A stretch of DNA of 63,800 nt, taken from assembly GCF_048593235.1 (NCBI RefSeq), contig NC_133617.1, positions 713,601,158-713,664,957 of the forward strand, given 5' to 3'. Source of the stretch: Sminthopsis crassicaudata. Its lineage: Eukaryota. The notes beneath the pieces were generated by a model. That model searched no databases. It was not told where the DNA came from and saw only the letters and a list, made by a program, of their open reading frames with translations. The position numbers were made by a program, and so were the translations under genes. Position 1 is the stretch's first letter. Every line of letters starts with the position of its first letter. Below are positions 11,496-23,814 of the stretch, piece after piece.

Positions 11496-13409
11496 TTCCC
11501 AATAACTGTAGAGACATATGCAAAATAATGTTTATGACTTAAACTGAAGCAACCATATTTAATTAATGGTCCTGACTATCTGAGCTGGAGTGTAGCCTCT
11601 GGCATACAGGAGGACTGTGCTGATACACAAATAGTTTCTACACTTCTGAAGAATTGAACAATCCTGAGGAGAGAGAGATTGCCATTTCTGGGAGCAATAA
11701 GAATGCCTTTAGCTAGGTTGGATCTGCAACTGCTGTGTGAAGTAAATCCCCATAGTACTGTCATAACATTCAAAAATGTCTGCCCTAGGACAAAGGCCCA
11801 ATTGCTTTGTCCTAGTTATAGCTCTACTGCCAAGTGTCTATCCATTCCAGTAATCTTTCAGGGAGCCAATATTATTTGAATGCCTACAAGGTGCAGGACA
11901 CTTTTGGTGATATGAAGAAATATAAAATTAAGCTCCTACCCTTAAGAGATTTATAATCTTATTAGGAAGACAAGACTTGAATATGAAAAGACAATATAAT
12001 GGGTCTTTGACAGAGAGGAAATGAAGGACATAAGTAATCTGTGTTGTTATAAAATACTTACCTAGAAAAGAAGTTTTTTTCGTGAGTCTTATAAAAAAGT
12101 ACCTTATAATGAAGGAAAATTAAAAATTAATAAACTTTTAAAACCATGAGCTATATAGTAAAATGTGAAAATATTAAAATAACAAAAAAGCAGTGCATTT
12201 GATTTCATTAAAAGTTATGGCTTTAAGTTCATTCTAAATTTAATAAGAGATAATGTCCTTAGCTTCTTAAAATTTAATTTAGTATATTACGAAAGAAATA
12301 ATTAAAATATATTATTATTATACTAGAAGTATTCCGAGTCAGAAATCATCTTTGTGATTGTATTTGATGAAGGATTACTTCATTGAGGAAGTGAGATTTG
12401 AGATGGGTCTTGACAGATGACTAAAATAGAAAGAGAAGAGGAATTCAATGAGAAAAGTCCAAAGAGAGTAAAGGATCTAAACTCTTGTATATGAAATCAC
12501 GTATTTTCTTTGGTTGAGGGACAGTGTTCCATTTTATTGACTTTTCCCCAAAACATTGACTTACTCCTTCAGGAACGGTACCTTGGAATTCTTGTCTCTT
12601 GATATGGGTCTCTTAGCTGTGTCCTTTATATGAAACAGTGTCATATAATGAAGGGGGAAGAAGTACTAGACTTGGGATCAAATTCTATCATTGCCAGTAA
12701 CTCTCTGTGAGACCACAATTTTCTCATGTGAAAAAAAAAAAATGAATTACAGTCTATGGACTCAAGTGCCTTCTTTCTCTATTACTACTTTAAAGACAAT
12801 TCAATTAGACCATGAACCAATCATGAACCAATATGATGAAATAAACCAGATGGATCATGTTCAGTAATTGACTTTTTTTTTCTATTGATCTGATTGACAC
12901 TTATTATTTAAACAGAAACCTATCTTCTTACCTCTGAATATTTAAACAGACTATTTGACCTGCATGCCCATGTATTTTTTATATGACAGAGTCTTTGTTC
13001 TTAGAGAAATTTGAGATGACAGTCTCTTCAGTTGGCTAAAAAATTTATTAGAGAAGAAAAATTGGAGTTGGGTCACAAGCATTTAGAACTAAGAAGAAAC
13101 CTACTCATTTTGCAGATGGGAAACCTGAAGCCCAGAATGACTTACCTAAGATCAAACTGAGTTCCAGAATTTGGATCCAAGTCTTCCCAATCCAAGATTC
13201 TTGCCATTAAAATTGCAAAGAAAGTTTAAAAGAATCAATCAATCAATACTTACTGAGCACCTAGAAAGAACAGATTATTATGTGAGGCTCTTTCAGTGAG
13301 GTTAAAGCATGAGATTTGGATTTAAAAAGTTTGGAGAGAGGAGATTTGCCTTCTATGAATCAAAGTTTAAAACTAATTCAAATCAACTCAATTCAGCAAG
13401 CAATGACTA

Positions 13410-13600
13410 AGATAAAATAATGAGAAGAAGGAATGTGAGTTTAAGCACGCTGCTTATACTGGTTAGGTGACCCCTGGCAAGTCATTTAAATGTTTAGTTC
13501 CCTGGACAACTATCTGATACTATAGGTTGTAGAGTAGGGGATAATCTGTGTGAAACTCTTTACAGAGGAGAAATCCATATGTGAATGAAATCATAATATA
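13410..13600 (+). mobile_element. Marsupial CORE-SINE with MIR3_Mars/WALLSI-like tail
   Basis: GGCAAGTCATTTAA core followed by ACTATAGGTTGTAGAG...CTG...AGAGGAG tail; same tail type at about 37380-37500 and 43975-44110. Confidence 0.55.
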
Positions 13601-13639
13601 AACGCACATATATAAGTGTAGATTAAATGGAGATGTATG

Positions 13640-13663
13640 AAGATGGATGGATGGAGAGATAAG

Positions 13664-13700
<37 letters not shown>

Positions 13701-13712
13701 GGATAGATAGAT
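13640..13712 (+). repeat. (GATG)/(GATA)n microsatellite
   Basis: Direct. Confidence 0.97.
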
Positions 13713-14021
13713 ACCAAAAATTGAACTAAATTCAGGAGATACAAATTCAGAAGGGAAATAGTCCCTGTTTTTAAGGGACTTGCATTTAAGGGACAGAGAA
13801 AGAAACAGAGACAGATAGACAGCTCTGGAGAGACTTGGACTTAAAGGGTAATAGTCTGTTTGGAGAGAGGAAACTCACCTTCTATGAATCAAGGATAAAT
13901 AATAATCCAATTCAAAGAAAAGTGGTGAGAAAAATGAAAGATAGATGGATTCCATCCTGAAGAAAATGGTCTAAATAAAGTCACTAATAAGAGAGTAGAG
14001 ACTCATTTGGTTTCTTTGGAA

Positions 14022-14082
14022 AAGAGAGAGAGAGAGGGAAAGACAGAGAGACAGAGAGAGAGGGAGATGGAGAGAGTGGAGA
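14022..14082 (+). repeat. (GA)n-rich repeat at gap edge
   Basis: Direct. Confidence 0.95.
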
Positions 14083-14251
14083 NNNNNNNNNNNNNNNNNN
14101 NNNNNNNNNNNNNNNNNNNNNNNNNNNNNNNNNNNNNNNNNNNNNNNNNNNNNNNNNNNNNNNNNNNNNNNNNNNNNNNNNNNNNNNNNNNNNNNNNNNN
14201 NNNNNNNNNNNNNNNNNNNNNNNNNNNNNNNNNNNNNNNNNNNNNNNNNNN
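14083..14251. other. Assembly gap (169 N) after GA repeat
   Basis: Direct. Confidence 1.
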
Positions 14252-17129
14252 AGTCTGGAGAGTCAATTAATGAATACATGGATACCTGATTACAAAGTAA
14301 AAACAAAGAAAATGGGAGTGTAGATATAAACAAGTGGATAAATCAGTAAAATACTCTTTGAAGAAGCATCATTTAAGCTAAATCTTAAAGAAAATTAAAG
14401 ATCCTAGGAAACAAGAATAGAAGACAGTCTTGTACAAGGAAATGAGTAGGAGAAAGTAATATGTGAAGAGTGGTACAGCTCCTAAGCACATCAATTTAGA
14501 GAAGAGATATCCCAATGAGCTGAGATTTTCAAAAGGTCTTCTTGGAGGACTTTACCTAGTACACAAACAAAATATTGAAGAAGGACTGGGAATCCAGACT
14601 GTAGGGGAGAGAGAGGTTACACCAGCAGGGGGAAGAAAGTGTGGAGCTACAGCGGTGTAAAGAAAAATGAAGGTTGAACTAGATGATCTCTAAAGTTCCC
14701 ACTTGTCCTATGTAGTGTCAACAAAGGCTGAAAAGACTAGTTTAGCTGAAATGGAAATTTTCTGCAAGAATGATGGAAGATGAGATAATGGGTGCTTTTC
14801 CCTCCCACATAAGTGAAAGGGAAAAGTCCACTGGAACCATCAGGAGAACTGCCAAATTTTATAAGCCTAAACATTAAGAATGTCCCTCCCTGCTCCAGTC
14901 ACTCCAGTCCATATCATCTTTACCCCTATGTGATCTGATCTATACTAGAATTCTCCTTATAATACGTAATTCAAGTGACTACTTCATCCTACCACTGTCC
15001 CTTGAGATAGTATGCCTTCCTTTTCTAATTCTACAGATATTGTAAAATAATCAAAAGTTGTCATTGTGCCACTCAATAAACTTAAAGGACTTAATTCAAC
15101 AGAACTTTTTAATAAGTATTCCCAAGTTCCCAGCTGCCCGTGTGTTTAATTCTTTGCCTTTCAGAAGCACATCTCTCTTTATGAGAGAGAACAGGATTAA
15201 AGAACCATAGTTTATCCCCCACATATTCAATCTGTTCATTTCATAGACAGCTCACCATGAGACTTTAATAATAGGAGAGGGAGATTTATTAGGCATGCAA
15301 GCCTTCAGTGGCAGTACTTAGGTTTAATTTCTTAGCAGTCAGCTCCTGAAAATGGAAAAAAAAAAAAAAAAAGAATTGTGATTTAAGGAATAAGCATGTA
15401 TATACATTTACCTTGATTCTTTTCCTTTACATTCTGGATATTTGCAGATTGTTGTGGAAGTCCCCAACCCCCTAAGAGTTCTTAGTAAACAGTGGTCAAT
15501 ATTATTCCTTGAATTGTGAATATTATGAGTGTGCTTATATCCACTCAGTCTTTTCAATCCATTTATGTTTTTAAATTATTTTCCATCTTCTGATTTGATT
15601 GCATTTGGACTTGACCATGGAAGCCAGACTCTTACTTCTCAGAAAATGCTCTACCTTCTTAATATTGAGAATCTTTTCAAAACTCTCAGAGCCTGAAATG
15701 AATCTCTATTTGTTCTGCTGAGGTCAGATGTGACTGAAGCAGGACTTCAGATTGCTTTCCCTTATTTCTTCCATACTACAGTGAACATGATGAGCTTTGG
15801 GGTCTGACAGTAACAGACATTAATCTTCTCCTTTTTACTCTGCTGGGAGACAGTGACAGACTAGGGATGGCAGAGGAATGGAGAAGGTAGAAGCCTATGA
15901 GATTACTAAAACTCTGATGGGGAGTTCGCTTTGGAGCTCTTCAGAATTTTGAACAGGATTGGGAATGAGAAGAGAGGAGGGTGTGTATCATAATTCAATG
16001 AATAGGACTAAGTGGAAACACATTTAAAGCCAAAAGAGTAAAAGAAATACCAGGATAAACCAGATATTTCTCAGAGGAATATCCCAGATGATTCACTAAG
16101 GCTCAGAGTCCACCAATGAATTAACCATAAGGAAGATAGTTCAGTTAATTCTCTTTTTTTAGGTAAGAAAGTTAAACATCTATGAAGTTATAATTTCTTT
16201 AGTATCACATATTATTTCTTCCTCTTAAATAAAATTATCATGAATCAGTCACCAAGTTCATCTATTTTCTTATTGTTAAATAATAATTTTAAAACTGGAA
16301 AACATTTAGATGTGACCTAGTCTAAACCACATTTCATGGATGAGGAAAAAAGATTTTGGGAGATTCCCCTATAGCCCTCACCCAGAGCCACTTAACCCAG
16401 CTCAATGCCAGCCCAGTTGATGTCTTAAGCTGTGTTTTCTACCTCTTCCTTACTAGGGTCTTCCAAAAAAGATCCACTACAGAAAGGTAAAGATTTTCTT
16501 TATTCTACTCCTGGCCGTTCCCTGATACTAACTCTGAGATATTAAAAATGGAGCATGGATGGAGTGTAGAATTAAAAAGGTTAGTGCTGTAATTTTTTAA
16601 AAATGTTCTTGGAGTTAACTCTATTCCTCCACCAACTATAAAACATTCATCATTTTGCTTAGCTCTTTCCTGCCATTAAATTCTTCTACTTTTGATATTA
16701 AATCAGGCTTAAATCAATAGCCATAGAATTGTTGAGTAAGAAGTGTCCTACCAGTCTTTATTCTAAATAAAGTTATGTTTTTTTTTCCTTTTTTACTCTT
16801 TTCTTTGAAATTGGGAGAGAGGGATCAAAAGAAAAAAAAGTGTTTTTAAAAAATACTGAGGAGAGAAAGAGAGAGAAGAACAGAAGGAAAGAGAAAAGAG
16901 AGATGAAGGAAAGTGCTTTAGTTCTCTTAATTTTAAAATAGGAATTATTATAGCCCTCTCCTCTCAGAGCTGTGAGGATCAAATGAGAGAATAATGCTTA
17001 GCTTAATGCCTGGCACATGATTGATACATAATAGCTATAATTGAACACCACTCTCTTGGTCCTAACTGATGCTTTTCAATTTCCCTTGCTGAATCCTTAA
17101 AAAGATCACAACCTCTAAACAGTGAGGTC

Positions 17130-17870
17130 CCACTTGGTGATTTCTTCAATTCCAAATAATATCCAATATTTTGCCAATATCTATTGATTTTGCCTTTGCA
17201 ATATTTCTCATATGCCCCTTTTCTTTCCCCTGAAAACTACCAGTCTGGTTCTTCACCTCATACTTGTACCATTACAATAACTTGCAGGTGGATCCATTGT
17301 CTTGAGTTGCTCCCCTCTATAATCGATTCTACACTCAGCCAAAAATTGATTTTACTGAATCCCAACTCCAACCATGTCACCTCCCTACTCAATCAACTCC
17401 CTCGGCTTATTTTTCTCCTTTAGAAACAAATACAGTACTTTCCACTTGGTGTGCAAAGCTTACTCTATCTTTCTTTCCCACCACATATTCTTTTCTTCAA
17501 TGACAGTGACTTCCTTGTTACTCCCAAATAAGACACTCCACCTCTTGGATCTGGACATTTCCTCTGGCTAAACTTCATGTGTGGAGTGTTCTCCCTCTAT
17601 CTCTCTACTTACTGGCTTCCTTTAAGTTCCAAATAATGCCTTACTTTCTATAAGAAACCTTTCCCAACCCCTCTTAATTCTAGTACCTTCCCTCTGTTCA
17701 ATATTTCCCATTTATCCTTTCCAAAGCTTGTTTGTATATATTTATTTATAGTTTCCCCCATTAGATGGTGAGCTCCTTAAAAGCAGGGGATATCTTTTGC
17801 CTCTTCTTGTATCTCCTACTATATGCTCAGCACATAGTAGGCACTTAATAAATGATAATTGATTGATTAA
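17130..17870 (+). mobile_element. L2 LINE 3' end
   Basis: Terminal TTAGATGGTGAGCTCCTTAAAAGCAGGGGA...GCACATAGTAGGCACTTAATAAATG...TTGATTGATT. Confidence 0.92.
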
Positions 17871-18039
17871 GTATTGGAAAATAACTGGAAATAAGCTGAA
17901 CTAGGTAGAGTGAGGTGGGGAAGATAACAAAGAACCATTTTAAAAAGTTTTTTTTTTAATTTCTTTAATAGTTAAAGGGAACTACTATAGATGTTTGAGC
18001 AGGAGGATTAAGTTGGCAAATAAAAAGTAAAAAAATATA

Positions 18040-18480
18040 GAGTATTCAGAAGGTGCCAGAGTGCTATAGTTTCTGGTGATAAAATATTAAAAACAAACTA
18101 TTCCCTGCCTGTAAAGAGTTTCCATTCTATTATGGTAAATGGAATGTGCACAAATAAGTGTATATCTAAGGTAACTTGAGGGTCAGGGGAAGCATTAGCA
18201 GCTGCAAGATTAAAAAAGGCTGCTTGTGAGAAGAGCTTTTTGAGCTGAATTCTGCAGGAAAGTATTGTTTCTAAGAGATAGAGGTAAAGACAGAATAGAT
18301 TCAGAGCATGGAGGGGTTGTGTGTAAAGGCAGAAATAGAGGGAAAAAAGATGGAAAATCTTGTGAGAAACAGCAAGAAGACTGTTCTCTAGAATGCATAA
18401 GGGAAAACAGCATGCAATAAACCATCAAAATGTAAAGGAAAATATCCCTAAAAGACATCAGAATTGAGTTTAATATAAAG
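18040..18480 (-). mobile_element. L2 LINE fragment
   Basis: TTCCCTGCCTGTAAAGAGTTTCCATTCTA...TTTGAGCTGAATTCTGCAGGAAA (reverse L2 3' region). Confidence 0.75.
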
Positions 18481-18856
18481 ACCAGTGTTAACTCTAGAGG
18501 ACTGGTTTTTGAAATATCTCAATAGGAGGTGGTTGACTACTACTGCAAGATGCTGCAATTGCTATCAGACTCAGTTCTATGTTTTTAAAAAGGATTCTTA
18601 ACTTTGTCTTTGTTATAAGATGTGATGGTAGAGTTTATTTGAAGTAAAAATAATTGCAAATCATAAATCTTTTTTTTTTTTTTAAATGAGCTTGGTTAAG
18701 GTGTGCTTGCTAGCTGGATTGGAAAGGGATGAGACAGGAGACATTATGTTGGGCAGATTGGTCCTATCTGCCAATCTCCTCTCAGAGCAAACATTTCCCT
18801 GCTGTTCTTTCTCACCAGGATGGCAGTGACTCACGGAAAAGAAAAGATCACCTTAC

Positions 18857-18935
18857 CATTTACACAAGTCCCATGCTTCTTCCCATCTGTGACCTGATGC
18901 TGCTCCATAAATTTCTTTCCACTTTCCCATAGTGT
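18857..18935 (-). other. Candidate internal exon (79 nt), unassigned
   Basis: Minus strand: tttttctttttcttcttgtctatggtttgaaataacatttctcag|ACACTATGG...GTAAATG|gtaaggtg; two open frames: TLWESGKKFMEQHQVTDGKKHGTCVN or TMGKWKEIYGAASGHRWEEAWDLCK; lies in a TE-free island. Confidence 0.3.
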
Positions 18936-19384
18936 CTGAGAAATGTTATTTCAAACCATAGACAAGAAGAAAAAGAAAAAAAAACACATTTATAAAGCCA
19001 GGAAAAATTAACCATCCATATCGTGCTTCCCATACAATTTAATTTATTTAACAAAAATTGGAGAATTAAATGCAATTATGTGCTTGACAAAAGCATTTGA
19101 GTAAAAACCAATTTTCCACTTTGTGAACCCCTCAGTTCTTCCACTCTGCTTGTAACATACCACACAAATACGCACATGCATATACATATGAAATCACCAA
19201 AAGGAAAATCTCCCATTCCTGAACATATAGGGACCGAATATGTTTCCTCTCTGGGAGTTTTCAAGAAATACTGAGTAATATCAGCTCTTCTCTAAATTCT
19301 ATGAAGGTAAAAATTAAAACTTGTTTAAAAAGACTCTCTTTTATCTGAGATTTAACAAATAACAAAATTTAACAAATCATATAG

Positions 19385-19670
19385 TAGTTTATACTTTAGA
19401 GGTACTATTTATATGCTCACACTAGGATCTGCTCTCCCTACTCTTTCATAGGAGTGAAGATACTCAAGTATTGAAGATTGCATATATTTTCCAATTCTTT
19501 TTTTTTTGATGCATTGGTCAGTTTTTCCTCATTTTTTTTTCTTTTTTCTTTTCTTTTAAAAAGGATTTGTTGGAAGGGATGACTTTCAGGAAAGGGGTAA
19601 GAAGAATAAAGGATAAAAATTAGGTTGTGTAAAAATAAAAGCTATCCATAAAAACATTTAAAAGTAGCTA
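19385..19670 (+). mobile_element. Old marsupial L1 3' UTR fragment
   Basis: GCATATATTTT...TTGGTCAGTTTT...T-rich...GGAAGGGATG...GTGTAAAAATAAAAGCTATCCATAAAA pattern typical of marsupial L1 termini. Confidence 0.55.
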
Positions 19671-20288
19671 GTGACTGCTATTATAAATTTCAAGGCTCCA
19701 TGATTCCATAGTTTTGAGTGTGCCCTTGACTGAAGTAGTATTTGTAAGTTGCTGTAATATAATTGCCATCTTCTCCCAACTACTCTGGTTTTGAGCTTCT
19801 TTGAACTAAGTTAGTCTGGTCCATGAATGATGGACACATAGTATTTCACTAAATCATACTTAAAACCTCCCCAGCTTTATCGACTTGCAAAAGTCTGCCA
19901 AAAAAACTTTTGAGAATATCGGCACCATACCACTTGTGATATTAGTGGGGAACCCTAGAGGAACAACCAGAGTTTGTTAATTCATTAATTAACTTGTTTC
20001 AATTAAAAAAAAAAATCAAAGCTCCAAGTGGTAAAAGATTGTGAATTGTGGAAGAGAACTTCTGGTAATATCTTATTTAACGGCTACCTCCCTTTTATGA
20101 GGAACCTGAGACCCCAAGAGATTAAGTTATTTGCCTGAGATATCATAGACAGAAAGCAACAGAGACAGGAATCCAATCTTAGGTCTATGACTCCAAACAC
20201 AGTGCTCTTTTTCCATTAAATATCTCCTTACTCTGATTCAATGACATTATCCATGTTATTTAAAAGTTGAAATGTACCATTTAGTTCA

Positions 20289-20450
20289 GGAATTTTTACA
20301 TAGGAGCCATCAATTTTTTTAAATGGTAATTATATTTCAATATAATTTGTTTTCCTTTGTTATGTGCTTTGTTTTATGAATTTAATACAATATTCTGAGA
20401 AGAACTTTATAGGATTTACCAGATTATCAACAGGGACCATGATATCAAAA
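20289..20450 (-). mobile_element. hAT/Charlie-like MITE (same family as 10150-10455, opposite orientation)
   Basis: Imperfect terminal inverted repeats CAGGAATTTTT ... AAGAATTCCTG; internal TATTTCAATATAATTTGTTTTCCTTTG...ATTCTGAGAAG. Confidence 0.7.
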
Positions 20451-20934
20451 AATAAATAAAGAATTCCTGATATTTTAGCCCAACTTTCCCCTTTAAAAGG
20501 GCATGAAATTGAACCCAGAGGTATTTAGTAAGGTATTCAAAGTCACTCAATCGGCGTGTTGTAGGACTGAGAGGAGGACCCAAGTGTCTGAATTTCCAGT
20601 TCATAATTGATTTCTTTATGTAGTTTTTTTTAATGGTCTGCTATTAAGTTTCTTAGGACTCAATTTTGTTTTTAAATTTTAGTCACCCTTGGAATAAACT
20701 AAAATACCATTCCTCAGAATTCACTGATAAAGACAATAATCAACAACGAAATCAATGGTAAACCTCTAAATAATCCTGTGAGGTAGGAAGAACGAGCATT
20801 ATAAAACACATTTTACAAACAAGGCAGCTTAGATAGCTTAAGTCACTTCTCCTCTATCAGAAACTCCAAGTTCAGGGCTCATCAGGGTGTAATATGTCGG
20901 TACTTTTCTTCCTTTCTTAGTTTATTCTTTCTAT

Positions 20935-21120
20935 GTCCACATCTCTGTCTATCTATATATTTCTGCCCTTTTCAGCCTTCCTTTTTTCCTCTTCACCTTC
21001 CTTTCTTCTCTCCTCTACTCCTTCCTTCTTTCCTTCATTTTTTTCCTTTCCTTCTCTTTCTTGTTTCTTTTCTTCCTTGCCTTCCCTCTCACTCTTTCTT
21101 TCTCTTTGTTTCTTTCCATC
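20935..21120 (+). repeat. CT-rich (TTCC/TTTC) polypyrimidine tract
   Basis: Direct. Confidence 0.9.
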
Positions 21121-21949
21121 TGCTTCGCATCTGCAAGTCATATGCAACTTAAAAGCTAGAGAAATTTCATGAGATACTGAAAGATTTTGTTAACTTTACC
21201 ATTGCCATATAATTAAGATGTGTAAGAGGTATACATGACCATAAATCTCTCAGCCTCCAAGTCCTGCTCTCTCTTCACTAAGCCATGCTGATTTATTGCC
21301 TCCTTATATAGGCAACACTATTCTAATTTCATTAATTTAAAATTTATCATCATTCAGGAAGAGCAATCTAAAGGATTCATTGAAAACATCTACAAGAATA
21401 TTCTTTTTTTTTTATCTTGATTTAGAGCATGCAAGGATTTGGAGAAATTGGAATAAGAATGTATTGGGAAAAAGAGGGAGAAAGCAACCTTAATTCTAGT
21501 TTTTGCTTTTATCTAGCCTAAGATTTCTCCACCTAGCTGCCCTATATACATATGTATGTGTACATTATATAGGCTATTACACACACATATGCTTACATGT
21601 ACATATATAATAATATTCAACATATTATATATATATATATATGCACATATAATACATATGACAATGACTAGACAGAGTTGTGGACCCAAAAAGATTGAGA
21701 ACCTATCAATGAAGTCCCCCTTCCCCATACCAATACATGTACTTATTGTATATTATCAGTCCATAATTCTCTTCTTGTTAAAAAAAAAATTAATCAGTCA
21801 AGATCCACTTTTCTTACGTTTTCAGTTTTACATCTCAACCCCCAACTAAGAATACAAGAAAAATGAAACCCATTACAAACATATATTGTCAATAAAACAA
21901 ATTTCCACATTGGCTATGACTGGTCTGACTGGAGTAAAGTTTATGAATA

Positions 21950-22087
21950 NNNNNNNNNNNNNNNNNNNNNNNNNNNNNNNNNNNNNNNNNNNNNNNNNNN
22001 NNNNNNNNNNNNNNNNNNNNNNNNNNNNNNNNNNNNNNNNNNNNNNNNNNNNNNNNNNNNNNNNNNNNNNNNNNNNNNNNNNNNNNN
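21950..22087. other. Assembly gap (138 N) between L1-like fragment and BovB tail
   Basis: Direct. Confidence 1.
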
Positions 22088-22730
22088 ATTGTTGTTCAGT
22101 CATTTAATCATATCTGACTTTGTGTGACCCAATGGACCACAGCATAGCAGTCTCTTTAAACTTTAACTATCTCTCAAAATCTGACCAAGTTCATGATCAT
22201 TGCTTCCGTGACATTGTCTAGCCATTTCATGCCCTGCCATTCCCTTTTCCTTTTGCCTTCAATCTTTCCCAACATCAAAGATTTCTCCAAAGAATCCTAT
22301 CTTCTCATTACAAAACCAAAGTAGCAATTTTTTTAAATATTGATTAATTTGATCTCCATCAGTCCAAGTGGTTCTCAAAAGTCTTCTCCAGGACCACAAT
22401 TCAAAAGTGTTGATTTTGTAGCCCTCAGCTTTCCTTGTAGTCCAACTCTAACAGTCAAACACTGATATGGTAAAATCCAGCTTTGGCTACATGGAGTTGG
22501 CGAGGTGATGTTTCTGCTTCTTTAGTAAGCTGTAGATATTTGCTATGTCTTTTCTTCCAATGAGCAAATATATTTTAATTTCATGACTGTATTTATTTTC
22601 TTCAGAGATCTTTGAGCCCAAGAATATAAAGTCTGAGACTGCTTCCACTTCTCCCTCTATTTTCCAGGAAGTAGGATATTTCTCCCAACAACCTTAATTC
22701 CAGCTTTTGATTTATCCAACCATCATTTCT
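22088..22730 (-). mobile_element. BovB-family RTE LINE 3' fragment with internal deletions
   Basis: TTCAATCTTTCCCAACATC, CTCAAAAGTCTTCTCCAGGACCACAATTCAAAAG, CTCAGCTTTCCTTGTAGTCCAACTCT, TTTTAATTTCATGACTG, AAAGTCTGAGACTGCTTCCACT match the antisense BovB 3' region as I recall it. Confidence 0.88.
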
Positions 22731-22964
22731 CTACCTAGCTGTTCTATATACCTATATCATGTAGACTGTTATATATACACACACATATACATATTATATA
22801 CTTACACATTAAAATATAAAATGCATATGGCAATGGCTATTTAAGGTTGTGGATCCATGAAGATTGAGAACCTATCAGTGAAGTTTTATTTAAGCTCTAT
22901 AATCTTCCTTTAATATATTCCTAAAAACTAAGCTATATGTCCATTGTAGTAGAATCCTAACAAA

Positions 22965-23200
22965 TAGCATCATACTACATTGCATAGAGCATCAGATCCA
23001 GAGTCAGGAAGATTCATCTTTCTTAGTTTAAATGTAGCCTTGGACACTTACTAGCTATTAGACATGTCATTAACCCCATTTGCCTCAGCTTTTTTATCTG
23101 TAAAATGAACTGGAGAAGTAAATGGAAAACCATGGGTCTTTGCCAAGAAAACCCTGAGGGTCAAGGGCATTGAACACAACTGAAAATGATTGAACAATAA
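22965..23200 (+). mobile_element. MAR1-type SINE
   Basis: GAGTCAGGAAGATTCATCTTTC...TGCCTCAGC...ATCTGTAAAATGAACTGGAGAAG.AAATGG..AACC...TCTTTGCCAAGAAAACCC...ACAACTGAAAATGATTGAACAA. Confidence 0.92.
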
Positions 23201-23814
23201 CATATACTGCTGACTTCTGATTAGCCAAATGTGGGATTTAACAATGAAAATTATATTCACACTGTCTAGTCAATTTTAAGGACTTTTTCCATAAAGTACT
23301 GGTTTTGATCTTGCTAAGTATTTAATCCCTTTCTCACAAGAAGCCCTGACAACTGCTTTTCCACAGTGACATCTGCCTAAGCATCTCTCCCTAGAGTAAA
23401 CTGCTGTCTGCATCTCCAGACAGGTTTTTCAGTGTAGCTGTCTATTTTCAGTTGTTTGTTTTCTGTTAGAACTGAAACAAGCAACACCATTAGTGGGAAC
23501 ACCAATTAGGAAGTCCCAGGGAACAAAGAGAACAAAGTATAATAATACCATTCTCGAGGTGTGTTTCCATTGTCCCACTTATCTTCTCAACCTCCCTTCT
23601 TTCATCCAAGTTCAGTCAAAAGCGTTATTGTTCCAGACAGTCTGATAAACAGCCCTAACTTTAAAATCTAGAAAGAAAAGCATTGAAAATGTCTTTTTAC
23701 AACTGGGTAACTGAGTTGAAAAATTATTGTGTGTCCTAATTGGCAGACTGAAGCTGTGTTTTAAATTTTAAATTTTGCTGAAAAATATGTTTACGATCTC
23801 ACTGTTCATTGCAT

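Noticed and set aside
11785-11815. 11-bp perfect hairpin CTAGGACAAAG-N9-CTTTGTCCTAG
   Set aside because: Too short for a pre-miRNA; rho-independent terminators are irrelevant in a mammal; chance level in 64 kb.
12050-12065. Perfect donor AG|GTAAGTAT on the minus strand
   Set aside because: No plausible upstream exon; absent from the homologous copy at about 10775.
15412-15471. 60-nt minus-strand exon-like segment (phase 1-1 open; AAG|GTAAAT)
   Set aside because: Acceptor lacks a real pyrimidine tract (actaagaactcttag); expected by chance.
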